Part shown: piece by piece, positions 27,219 through 40,380 of the stretch | Layout of the letters: the number at the start of each line of letters is the position of its first letter | Numbering within the stretch: position 1 is the stretch's first letter | NCBI RefSeq assembly: GCF_009914755.1 | Contig: NC_060928.1 | Direction: 5' to 3' (one strand) | From: the human T2T-CHM13v2.0 reference genome, Homo sapiens | DNA length: 64,000 nt | Notes under the pieces: generated by a model | The model's input: only the letters and a program-made list of their open reading frames with translations | Told to the model about the DNA's origin: nothing | Database searches by the model: none | Position numbers and translations under genes: made by a program

Positions 27219-30200
27219 TTTAATTTTTTTATTTTTTAAATTTTGTGGGTACATAGTAGGTATATATGTTTAAGGTGTGGATGAGATGTTTGGATACAGG
27301 CATGCAATATGAAATGAGCACATCATAGAGAATGGGTCAAGAATTTGTCCACTCTGTCAAGAATTTTCCTTTGTGTTACAAACAATCCAATTACACTCTT
27401 TAAGATATCTTAAAATGTGTGATTATTATTGACTGTATTTACCCTGTTGTGCTATCAAATAGTAGGTCTTATTTATTCTTTCTAACTAATTTTTTGTACC
27501 CATTAAGCATCCCCACATCCCCCACCAGGCCCCCACTACCCTTCTCAGTCTCTGGTTAACCATCCTTCTACTCTCCATGTTCCATGAGTTCAATTGTTTT
27601 GATTTTTAGATCCCACAAATAAATGAGAACATGCAATGTTTGTCTTTATGTGTATGGCTTATTTCACTTAAGATAATGATCTCCAGTTCCATCCATGTTG
27701 TTGCAAATAGCAGAATCTCATTCTTTTGTATGGCTGAATAAGTACTCCATTATGTATATGTACCACATTTTCTTTATCCATTCATCGATTGATGGACACT
27801 TAGGTTGCTTCCAAATCTCAGCTATTGTAGACAGTGGCAACAAACATAGGAGTGCAGATATCGCTTCAATATACGATTTCCCTTCTTTTGGGTATTTACC
27901 CAGTCATGAGATTGCTGGATCATATAGTAGCTCAATTTTTAATTTATTGAGGAGTCTCCAAACTGTTCTCTGTAGTGGTTGTACTAATTTACATTCCTGC
28001 CAACAGTGTACGAGGATTCCCCTTTCTCCACATCCTCACCAGCATTTGTCTTTTGGATATAAGCCATTTTACCTGGGGTGAGATGATATCTTATTGTAGT
28101 TTTGATTTGCATTTCTTTTATGATCAGTGATGTTGAACTCCTTTTCATATACCTGCTTTCCATTTGTATGTTTTCTTTTGAGAAATGTGTTCAGATCTTT
28201 TGACCATTTTTTGATTGGATTATTATATTTTTTCCTATACAGTTGTTTGAACTCCTTATATCTTCTTGCTATTAATCTTCTGCCACATGGGTAGTTTGCA
28301 AATATTTTCTTCCATTCTGTGGGTTATCTCTTCATTTTGTTGATTGTATCCTTTGCTGCACAGAAGCTTTTTAACTTGATGTTATCCCATTTGTTCATTT
28401 TTGCTTTGGTTGCCTGGTCTTTTTGGGTATTACTCAATAAATTTTTGCCCAGACCAATGTTCTGAACATTTCCCACAATGTCTTTTTGTAGTAGTTTCAT
28501 AGTTTGAGGCCTTATATTTAAGTCTTTAATCCATTTTGATTTGATTTTTGTGTATGGTGAGATAGGGGTTGAGTTTTATTCTTCTGCATATGCATACCCA
28601 GTTTTCCCAGCCCAATTTATTGAAGAGACTGTCCTTTCCCCATTTTATGTTCTTAGCACCTTTGTCAAAAACAAGTTCACTGTAGGTTTGCAGATTTGTT
28701 TCTGGGTTCTCTCTTCTGTTCCATTGGTTTATGTATCTGTTTTTATGCAAGTACCATGCTGTTATGGTGACTATCACTTCATAGTATAATTTAAAGTCAG
28801 GTAATGTAATTTTTTCCAGTTTTGTTTTCTTTGCTTAGGATAGCTTTGGCTATTATGGGTCTTTTGTGGTTCTACATAAATTTTAGAATTTTTTTTTTCT
28901 ATTTCTCTGAAGAATGTTATTGGTATTTTGATAGGAATTGCATTGAATCTGTAGATTGCTTTGGGTAGTGTGAACATTTTAACAATATTGAGTCTTCCAA
29001 TTCATGAACATGCAATATCATAACATTTTCTGGTGTCCTCTTCAATTTCTTTCATCAGTGTTTTATAGTTTTCGTTATAGAAACTTTTCACCTCTGTTAA
29101 GTTAATTCCCATGTACTTAATTTTATGTGTGGCTATTGTAAATGGGATTACTTTTTAATTTGTTTTTCAGATTGTTCACTTTTGGCATATAGAAATGCTA
29201 CTGATTTTTGTATGTTGATTTTGTACCCTGCAACTTTACAGAATTTATTTATCAGTTTTAATAGTTTTCTTGTGCAGTCTTTAGGTTTTTCAAAATAGAT
29301 GGTCATATCCTCTGCAAACAAAGATAATTTGACATTCTTTTCCAATTTGGATGCTCTTTATATCTTTCTCTTATCCAATTGCTTTAGCTAAGACCTCTAG
29401 TATGATGTTGAATAACAGTGGTGACAATGGGCATCCTTGTCGTGTTCCAAATATTAAAGGAAAGGCTTTCAGTTTTTCCCCATTCAGTATGATACTAGCC
29501 ATGGGTCTATTGTATATGGCTTTTATTATATTGAGGTATATTCTTTCTATACCCAGTTATTTTAAGGATTTTTATCATGAAGCGTGTTGAATTTTATCAA
29601 ATGCTTTTCCAGCAACAATTGAAATGATCTTATGGTTTTTTTATCCTTCATTCTGTGGATATGATATATCACACTGATTGACTTGCATATATTGAAGCAT
29701 CCTTGCATCCCAGGCATAAATCCTACTTGGTCATGATGAATGATCTTTCTAATATATTGTCGAATTTGGTTTCCTAGTATTTTGTTGAGGATTTTTGTAT
29801 CAATATTTGTCAGAGATATGGGCCTATTGTTTTCTTTTTCTGATGTGTATTTGTTTGGTTTTGGTATCAGGGTAATGCTGGCCTCATAGAATGAGTTTGG
29901 AAGTTTTCCCTCCTTCTCTATTTTTTGGAATTGTTTGAGTAGAATTAGTATTAGTTCTTCTGTAAATGTTTGTTAGAATTAGTGAGAGACTTTTTATTAC
30001 GGCATTGATCTTGTTCCTTGTTATTAATCTGCTCAGCTTGTGGATTTCTTCTTGGTTGTATGTGTTTATAAATTTATTCATTTCTTCTAGATTTTTAAAT
30101 TTATTGGTATATAGTTGCTCATAGTAGCCACTAATAATCCTTTGAGTTTCTTCAGTATCAGTTGTAATGTCTCCTTTTTCATTTCTGATTTTATTTCAAT

Positions 30201-31948
30201 TTTCTCTCTTTTCTCTAAGTTTGTTTGGCTAAAGGCTTGTCAATTTTGTTTAACTTTTTAAAAAAACTAATTTTTGTTTCATTGATCTTTTATATTTTTT
30301 AATTTCAGTTTTCATTTATTTCTGCTCTGATTTTTTTTATTTTCTGTCTTGTGCTATTTCTGTTCTTCTTCTTTTCTTTTTTCTTGTTTTTTTTTCATTG
30401 ATGCAGCCAGTCTATGTATTTTGATTGGAGAGTTTAGTCCATGTTATTATTGATAAGGACTTATGTATGATAAGTCTATGTATTTTGATTGGAGAGTTTA
30501 CAGTCAATGTTCTTATTGATAAGGACTTATTTCTGCCAGTTTGTTATTTGTTTTATGGTTGTCTCCTTCTTCTTTCTTTCCTTCCTGTCTTCTTCTAGTG
30601 AAGATAATTTCCTCTGGTGATATAATTTAGTTTCTTGCTTTTTATTTTTTATGTGTCTGTTGCATTTTTGTTTGTTTGAGGTTACTATAAAGCTTGCAAA
30701 TACTATCTTATAACCCATTATTTTAACCTAATAAAAAGTTAACACTGTTTGCATAAACAGATAAACAAGCAAAAAGATAACAAATAGAAAATTCTACGCT
30801 TTAACTTCACTGTCCTACTTTTTAACTTTTTGTTGTTTCTATTTATATTTTATTGTACTATGTCTTGAAAAGTTATTGTAGTTATTATTTTTTATTGGCT
30901 CATCATGTAGTCTTTCTATTTAGGATAAGAGTAGTTTACATACCACAATTACAGTGTTAATATAGTCTGTGTTTTTCTGTGTGCTAACTATTATCAATGA
31001 GTTTTGTACCTTCGAGTGATTATTTGTTGCTCATTAATGTCCTTTTCTTCCATTTGAAGTACATCCTTTAGCATTTCTTGTAGGACAGGTCTAGTGTTGA
31101 AATCCCTCAGCCTTTTTTTTTTTTTTTCAGACGGAGTTTCACTCTTGTTGCAATCCCTTGGCTTTTTATGTCTGGGAAAGTCTTTATTTCTCCTTCATGT
31201 CTGAAGGGTATTTTCACTGGATATACTATTCTATGGTAAAAGGTATTTTCCTTCAGCACTTTAAATATGTCATGCCACTTTCTCCTGGCCTCTAAGGTTT
31301 CTAAGGAAACCTTAGAAAAGGCTGCTGCCAGACATGTTGGAGCTCTATTGTATGTTATTTTTTCTTTTGTCTTGCTGCTTTTAGGAATTTTTTCTTTATC
31401 CATGACCTTTAGGAGTTGATTATTCAATGCCTAGAGGTAGTCTTCCATGAGTTAAATCTGCTTGATGTTCTATAACCTTCTTGTGCTTGGATATTGATCC
31501 TTCTCTAGATTTGGGAAGTTCTCTGTTATTATTGCTTTGTATAAACTTTCTGCTTTATCTCTTTCTCTACCTCCTCTTTAAGGCCAATAGCTCTTAGATT
31601 TGCCCTTTTGAGACTGTTTTCTAGATCCTGTAGGTGTGCTTTATTTTTTTAATTCTTCTTTCCTTTGTCTTCTCTGACTGTGTTTTCAAATAGCCTGTTT
31701 CAAGTGCACTAATTCTTTCTTCTGCTCCATCAATTCTGCTAATAAAGGACTCTGATGCATTCTTTGATATGCCAATTGTATTTTTAGCTCTAGAATTTCT
31801 ACTTAATTATTTTTAATTATTTTCTTTAAATTTCCTCAACACAGCTATTTTTAATTCTCTGTCAGAAAGGTCGCATATCTCTGTTTCACCAGGATTGGTC
31901 CCTGGTGCCCCATTTAGTTCACTTTTGTGAGGTCATGTGCTCCACCTC
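27219..31948 (-). mobile_element. L1 (L1MA1/2-like), 5'-truncated in the ORF1 region, with internal deletions
   Basis: 3' end ttttgtgggtacatagtagg; ORF2 remnants ([16 protein letters not shown]; KLSLFAEDM); ORF1 remnant (ETLEARRKWHDIFKVLKE); 17-bp TSD ctc(a/c)cccagatcttctt at 27202-27218 and 31949-31965. Confidence 0.92.
31113..31151 (-). mobile_element. Extremely 5'-truncated Alu (24 nt plus tail)
   Basis: T15 followed by cagacggagtttcactcttgttgc; TSD aatccctcagccttt (31101-31115) / aatcccttggctttt (31152-31166). Confidence 0.88.
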
Positions 31949-32646
31949 CTCCCCCAGATCTTCTTGTCAAAAATTTTTCAATCATGTTCCTTCTAAGTCC
32001 TTGACCTTTCAGCCAAACTGTTATCCATACAGCCCATGGTTTGTCCCTTTCCAGGCAAAAACAATGACCATGCCAACTGGCCAGTACTCCCTTCACCACA
32101 GTCCTATAGAGCTGTCCCAAAAAGGGGCTGTAGAGCTACAGCTGTTCTCTTTCAGTTAAAGTATAGTATGCAGGATGATCTATCTAAAACCAAGCTTGAG
32201 TTTTTTCTTCAGTCAACTGGTCATAGGGAGTGCCATGTGAGCCATAGCTATGGGATGAGAGAAAGAAGGCAAATAGTAGTAATCAGGGCTCAGATAACTT
32301 ACTTGTGCCTTTTGGGCCTGCTCTAGCCTAATTTCATGTACATCATCTCCACTTTATGACGAGGTGCAGGCTCAGCCTTATGTCATGATGGGGAGATAAC
32401 AGCTCGCTCATGATTGGCAGGTCAGGTCACATGGTAACTTGATGGCCAAAGTTCATAGGATCAGTCTCTATTAAAGCCCAGTCACAAGATAAAATATGTT
32501 TTTAAAAAGGAGGATTGTTATCTGCACAAAAAAATGGCATGGCTTTGCTTTAATTCCTAAAGGTCTGTGTTGTAATTTACTTAACAGAGTCTGCTAAAAG
32601 CTGCATAAGCACTAGCACTTTTCTTTACCTGCCAGTAGCACTTTAA

Positions 32647-33762
<1,116 letters not shown>

Positions 33763-35697
33763 CTAAATATCATTGAATTTGTTGGATCATACAACCAAAT
33801 GATAGAACAGCTTTTATGGCAGCCTGGACCTGTTGCAGACCTTTCTGTTTTTCTGGGTCCTATTCACAGCTGGGATCTTTCAGATCCTTCAGTAAATAGG
33901 TCAGAGTAGCATGCCCAAATGAGGTATATGTAACCTCTAAAATCCGAATAGGCCCACTGAATATTGTGCCACTTTCTTAGTGTTAGAGTGGGGCAGATGC
34001 AGCAACTTGTTTTTCACCCTAGAAGGATTTCACTGAGGTGGCAGAATCCTGAGATTTTGGGGATTTGTTTCCCACCTTCTGGCATGCAAGTGTCTTACTA
34101 ATGTGTGTAGAGTGGTCACTCTCTCCCACTTACCGGATCTGATTAGCATAATTTCATCAATGTAATGGGCCAGCATGATTCCATTGGAATGGAGAGGCAA
34201 TTAAAGTCCCTATAAGCTAGATTATGACATAATGCTGAGAGTTGAGATAGCCCTGAGATAGGACAGTAAAAGTGTATTGCTGGCCATGCCAGCTGAAAAC
34301 AAATTACTTCTGATGATCTTTATTAACAAGTAGAGAAAAAATACCATTTGCCAGATCAATAGCTGCATAGCAGATACCCAAGAATGTACTGATTTGCTCC
34401 AGTAATGAAACCACATTTGGAACAGCAGCTGCAATTGCTTGATAATGTTTATGATAATCTACTGTCATTCTCTAAGACCCATCTGTTTTCTGCACAGGCC
34501 ATGTAAGTGAATATGGAATCTTTGTGTAGTGAACTTACATTAATCAGTTCAGCCTCATCTATCTTTATATTTCTTCCACCGTGATTCTACACTCTTAAGA
34601 TATATTACCATACATATTCCTCAGGCTTTTATCAGTACAAATTGGCAAAATGATGCAAGTCATTTGGTGTGTATTGCACTTCTATATGAGTCATGCTTTG
34701 GATCTCATTCTTTGGAACCTGCTGAGATGTGATTCTATTTTTAGGTCCAGAAGCCAAGAGAGGTGATGGGAATAGGTTACAAGGAGGATCAGTAGTCTTG
34801 AGAAAGACAGCTACCTCAGGGGAGGCTATTACTTCTTCAGCAAGCCTCTTTTTTTTTTTATTGTAAAAGTGGCCCTTACATCCTTGCCTAAGATAGGAGA
34901 GACTATTTTATATCTCTTATCTAAGATAGGAGAGACTATCTTAGGCAGGAATGTAAGGGCTACTTTTATTGCAAAAAAGGCTGAGCACGAGTTAAAATTT
35001 CAAGGTTCAAACCATGCAATTCCATTGTAATTCACCCATTTGTTCCCATCCCAATTGTTAGTGTCCCATTCCTTCTCCATTAATGCCCTAACTTTAACAA
35101 ATAGAATATATAACATCAAAAGTTTGATTTTTGTTGGAATTTAGTCATGCAAAAACTACACTTTGGGTTCAGTTTTTGGAAAACTTGGCCCTAGGCTAAG
35201 ATTTCTGTAGGGGTTAGCTGGTACAGTATAGGTTATGGGATATAGGATTTTAGGGCAGGCATAGATGCTTTCAGGTCTTTTACATGAACTAGGAGCTTAA
35301 AGCCCTCAGATCATTTTCTTTCCTCAAGTTATTTAGCTCATTTGCAATCAACCAATGAACTCCATGTTTCTTCTTTTTTTCAACGTGTTCTATGGCAGCA
35401 AATAATTGGTCATCTAGAATCTGCCCTTCTATAAGCATTTGACTACAGGTATATGCAGGCAAGAATTTTAGCAAATATTTTGCTCCTGCATGCCATGGAC
35501 TACTGGTGTCCTCTTCCACAGTGGAAAAAGTGTCATTAGCACTTTAAATATAACCATATTGGAGAACCAATTCCAAAAAGCCCAGAAAAAAAATGAACCA
35601 ATTCAGATAACTCATCTTTAAGAGTCTGATTTTCTGGAACCACTACTCCCGGCACCAAATTTTGTGTTGGTCAGGGTTACATCAAAGAAATAGTTTC

Positions 35698-35722
35698 ATC
35701 TATCTATCTATCTATCTATCTG

Positions 35723-35753
<31 letters not shown>

Positions 35754-35803
35754 GTCTGTCTGTCTGTCTGTCTGTCTATCATCTATCATCTATCTATCTA
35801 TCT
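35698..35803 (+). repeat. Compound (TCTA)n/(TCTG)n tetranucleotide microsatellite
   Basis: Directly visible. Confidence 0.95.
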
Positions 35804-36247
35804 AATACAGATGTAGATATATCTTCCCATATATATTTGCCTTTACACAATTGTAGAGCTAGGAGCTAGTTAAGCACTCTCCATAAAACTTTGCTTTTTG
35901 TCTGATGCTGGAATTTGAAATTTGCAGAGCAGACAACAAGAAAATGTCAGAGCAGAGAAGAGCAAAAATAAGCTGGAACACAGAAGAAGAAGCTGGAGTT
36001 CAAGAGAATCATCTGGAAGCCTTATCATTTCTTGCTGTCTTCAGCTAATGATGTGGGTATCCTGCAGAAGAAGCTGGCATCTTTCAACATGGAGCTTAAT
36101 ACACACCTGGGCCATCAGTCAGAGAAGCTGGAGTACAATTCAGGCAAAAATACATGCAGTTGTAGGGTTGGCTGCTGTCCCACGCCAATGAAGGAAGCCC
36201 ATAGATAAGCAGAGTGTATGATGAAAAAAACACCCACTATAACTTTC

Positions 36248-36797
36248 TGTGATGGTTAAATTTATGTGCCAACTTGAATGGGTTAAGGGATACTCAGGGA
36301 TAAGGGATGCTCAGCCCAACTTGAGTGGGCTAAGGGATGCTCCGATAGCTGGAAAAAACATTCTTTCTGGGTGTGTCTGTAAAGAGGTTTGCATTTGAAT
36401 TAATAGACTGAACAAAGAAGATTCACCCTCACCAGTGCAGATGGGCATCATCCAATCCATTGAGGACCTGCCTGAATAAAATGAAAAGGCAAAGGAAGGG
36501 CGAATTCACTCTCTCCTCTTGAACCAGTACATTCATCTTCTCCTATGCTTGGGCACTGATGGTCGTGGTTCTTGGGCCCTCAGACTTAGACCAGCAACAC
36601 CCCCAACCAACCCTCTTCAGGACCCCTAACCCCTCCTTCCCAGGTTCTTAGGCCTTTGGACTTGAATTAATTACACGACTGGGTTTTCTGATTCTCCAGC
36701 TCTCAGAAGGCAGATTGTGGGACTTTTGGGGCCTCATAATTGCATGAGCCAATTCCTATAATAAATTGCCTCTTATATGTCTTTGTATAGACATGTA
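36248..36797 (+). mobile_element. ERVL solo LTR (MLT2B1/2-like) nested in the MLT2F LTR
   Basis: tgtgatggttaaatttatgtgccaacttga...gggcatcatccaatccattgagg...ggaagggcgaattcactctc...gagccaattcctataataaa. Confidence 0.88.
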
Positions 36798-36799
36798 TA

Positions 36800-37132
36800 C
36801 AGTCATGAACCACTTAAAAATGTTTTGGACAATGATGAACCTCATATATGATGGTGGTCCCCTAAGATTATAATACCACATTTTCATGTACTTTGTTATG
36901 TTTAGATACACACAAAGTTACTATTTTGTTACAATTGCCTATAATATTCAGTACAGTAACATGTGGTGCACGTTTGTAGCCTAGGAGCAATAGGCTATAC
37001 CATATAACCTAGGTAGGGTGATAGGCTATACCATCTAGGTTTTTGTAAGTACACCCTATGATGCTGGCACAATGATGAAAATTGCCTAACAATGCATATC
37101 TCAGGATGTATCCTCGTTGTTAAGTGTGATTG
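36800..37132 (+). mobile_element. Tigger3a/MER7A-like (TcMar-Tigger MITE)
   Basis: cagtcatg...ggtggtcccctaagattataatacc...gcctaggagcaataggctatacc...gttaagtgtgattg; TA on both sides. Confidence 0.88.
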
Positions 37133-37321
37133 TATAGATAGCTTCTCAGAACTATAACTTCCAAGTAAAGAAATAATATGGCTGCTGCCTTACTTCTGTC
37201 TCCCAGATGTCAGGCAAATATGTGTTCTGTATTCCACTCTAACTGGAAACACAGAGAATATATTCTGAGTAAGAGTTTGGCCTGGCCAAGGTGACACATT
37301 ATAAAGTCACCACACAGTCAT

Positions 37322-37630
37322 AAGAAAAAAAAAACCCATGTGATCATCTCAGTACATGTCAAAGATGTATTTGACAAAATTGAACATTCATGCGCGATAA
37401 AAACCTTCAGTAATCTAGGAACAGGGGAAATGACCTCTACCTGATAAAGGGCATTGTAAAGAACAAGATAAGGATATGTACTGTCAGCACTCCTATAAAA
37501 CATCGTACTGGAGATACTAGGCAATACAATCAGGGAAAAAATATGAATAGCATGCATACAGATTAGGAAAGAAGAAAGAACACTGCTTGTATTCACAGGA
37601 GACATGACTTTATGTGTCTGCATAGAATAT
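37322..37630 (+). mobile_element. Old L1 ORF2 (RT region) fragment
   Basis: catgtgatcatctca...tttgacaaaatt...ctgataaagggcat...catcgtactggag...tattcacaggagacatgac. Confidence 0.7.
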
Positions 37631-38111
37631 TATAAGTTGATATGGCATAATTATTGACCTACATTCATAGACAGTCATTAGCACTATATTAGGGTCTGTG
37701 AAGCTCCCTTCTAGGTGGAGGATTATCTTTTATCTGCTGGATTATCAAGAAGTGAAGACAAGTCTCTGGGAGTAGAACCGAGCAGTCCAGGTGGCAGGGA
37801 GTTAGCCAGAGTTTTGGAGGTAGTGGTTATTTAACAACAGGAATAACAAAACTGGTATGCACCAGCTGCCCATCAGCCTTGAGTTGATGATTGCTGCGCT
37901 TTTGGCGATTCACTTAGGCTTTCTTCCTTCTGTGTTCACAGAACCAAACTAGTACACAGATACTTAAATAGGTAACCAAAGTTTATCAAATAAATAGAAG
38001 ATAAATGAAAATTTCCACTGAAAAATTTCTGGTCTTAGCTGTGAGATCAGACCTGTGTATAAGAATCCAGGGGAGTATCCATGTCAAAATTGTCAGGGAT
38101 TATGAGCTTTA

Positions 38112-38254
38112 CTATTCATTTATTTACATACTGTCATAGAGATGGGGTCTTCCTGTGCTGCCCAGGCTAATCTTGAACTCCTAGTCTCAAGCAATCCTCC
38201 TGCCTTGGCCTCCCAAGGGACTGGGATTATAGGTGTGAGCCATTGCGCCTGACC
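38112..38254 (-). mobile_element. Alu left monomer (FLAM-C-like)
   Basis: tagagatggggtct...ctcaagcaatcctcctgcc...gtgagccattgcgcctgacc; TSD tatgagcttta at 38101-38111 and 38258-38268. Confidence 0.88.
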
Positions 38255-38930
38255 TGATATGAGCTTTATATGAAAGTGTGAAGAGAACCTAAACAATGAG
38301 GTACTTGGATGTAGTGAGTTTGGTTGTGGACAGCCTGAGAAAGTGTTTTCTAGCTGGGCCTTGAAATAAGAATGCTTTAATGAGGAAAGAGATGTGTTCA
38401 AAATCGTGCATCTCAAGGAACCACTGACAACGGTATTAGATGAAATAGAGCAGAATGAGGCCAGTGTTAAAGCAGTGACTTCCAACAAATTAGGATGGAA
38501 ATGGCTCTAACAAAAGAAAACAGTGCCAGGATCTGGAATTTACCTATTCCTGATTCTGGGAAGGGTACACTAGAGCACTTTCTCTATATTCAACCTCTAC
38601 AGCCACCTACAGTTTAAACATCTCTTTCACCTGGTAAGCCCGGGTGTATCTTTGGAGCATCTCTAGAGGTAGAAAAGTGCTAGAGATGTCAGCATAATCC
38701 TTGACAAAACCATGAAAGAGGCATGACAACTCAGCAACTTCATGTTTCCACATAAGAATTCCGGCCCTTACTTTAGGGCTATTGTTCTGTCCTCTTACAA
38801 TTGCCTATAGTATTCAGTGCAGTAACATGCTGTGAAGAATATGTGATCAAGAATATCACATATTCTTGATCTAGTATGTGATATGAGATCAAAGAAATAT
38901 TCTTTGATATCTAAGCTATCAATTGATATA

Positions 38931-39547
38931 CAGCAAGTCCTCAAATGATGTTGTTTCATAAAGCATCATTTCATTATAACATTGATAAGAAAAAAAAAAT
39001 TAATTCCTGGGTGAGCCCACCATAGGGGTGGAGTGTGCACATTCTCCCCGTGTCTGTGTAGGTTTTCTCTGGGTACGCCAATTTCCTCCCATATCCCAAT
39101 GTGCACATTATGTGAATTGGCGTGTCTAAATTGTCTCATTTGAGTGAGTGTGTGTGTGTGTGCGTGTGTGTGTGTGCATGTGTGTGTGTAAGTGTGCCCT
39201 TGGATGGAATGGTGTCCTTTTCAGGGTTCCTTCCTTGTGCCCAGAGCTGCAGGGATGGACTCCAGCCACCTGTGACACTGAACTAAAATAATCAGCGAAA
39301 TAATTATCTTATTTGTTTCCGTTAATCTTTCTTAAATGTACGTAAAGCTCAAATTTAATTTAATGTTTAATATTAGAAGTATTTCGGTCCTTATTTAGAA
39401 GCGTGTTGATGTTTTTGTGACTGGAAATATGCCATAGCAACTTAACTCTTGCTTACGCCTATGGTAAAATTGGTTTCATTATATGTGGTTTCACTTAAAG
39501 TCACAGTTTCTAAGAACCTATTAACCATGTAATGTGAGGACTTACTG
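38931..39547 (-). mobile_element. MER6A-like (TcMar-Tigger)
   Basis: TIRs cagcaagtcctca / tgaggacttactg; body cacattctccccgtgtctg...(TG)n...cttaaagtcacagtttctaagaacctat; ~617 bp. Confidence 0.88.
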
Positions 39548-40004
39548 CACGTTAATGCCTCTCAGAGGATGAGAAAAACAGGATTTCAAAGGTGTTTCCC
39601 TTAAATGTATAGATATGGGAAGATTTAGTTTTGTCTTAGGATTTCTAACAGTGACTTTCAAAGTCTTTAATATTCATAAAAATGATGTGGGGTGCAAATT
39701 CAAAATGCAGTTGCTTACAGCCAATCTCTCGCTTACTGAATTTTAGACCAGCTATCTGGGTGATCCTTGTACACATTAAAGATCAAAAACTACTGTTTAG
39801 CTCCAACCATTAGTTCCACCTGAAATGCCCATTTCATCTGCATCTGCATCAAATTCTTGCCTGTTGAAAAATGCCTATGACTTTTATGACAGAATGAGCA
39901 CATTTATAATCTCAGATATATACATATATAAATGTCAACAGTGTTAATTTTATACTTCATGTATATTCTAATATTAATTCTATACATGTATATATGCGCA
40001 TATA

Positions 40005-40100
40005 ATTTTATGATAGCTGATATTTGACGTTTTTGTTGTTCCAGGCACTGTACCGGACACTTTGCATACAAAAACTAATCTAATCCTCAAAACAATCATT
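40005..40100 (-). mobile_element. MIR fragment
   Basis: atagctgatatttg...ccaggcactgtac...cactttgcatac...taatcctcaaaacaa. Confidence 0.55.
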
Positions 40101-40109
40101 TAGGGCACT

Positions 40110-40380
40110 GTCAACCCTCTTGACTAGCATGTGAAAGTTCTGTGTTTGGAAAATAGAATTTACGTGGCAGGGTCAGCCCCTCACAACTGAAGTTAAAAAT
40201 ATCTGACACTAGCTCTCCCAGCCTCCCTTGCTATTGTGGTAGAGCATACACATTCCACTAGTCAGATACACATGCCCCAGAGTGGGAATCAGAAGCTTGT
40301 GATATGAAAGAGGAGAGGCCTTTCAAATCCATCGCAGTGATGGTGGTGGGGATATATATCCAGAATACTGGATAAAAGCA
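40110..40380 (+). mobile_element. ERVL LTR fragment (LTR33-like)
   Basis: ctcccagcctcccttgc...tcagatacacatgccccagagtgggaatcagaagcttgtga. Confidence 0.5.

Larger units (their letters stand above)
35663..37316 (-). mobile_element. ERVL 5' LTR (MLT2F-like) of the provirus, interrupted
   Basis: Minus strand begins tgtgtggtgactttataatgtgtcaccttggccaggc and ends ...accctgaccaacaca adjacent to the primer-binding-site-like sequence. Confidence 0.72.
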
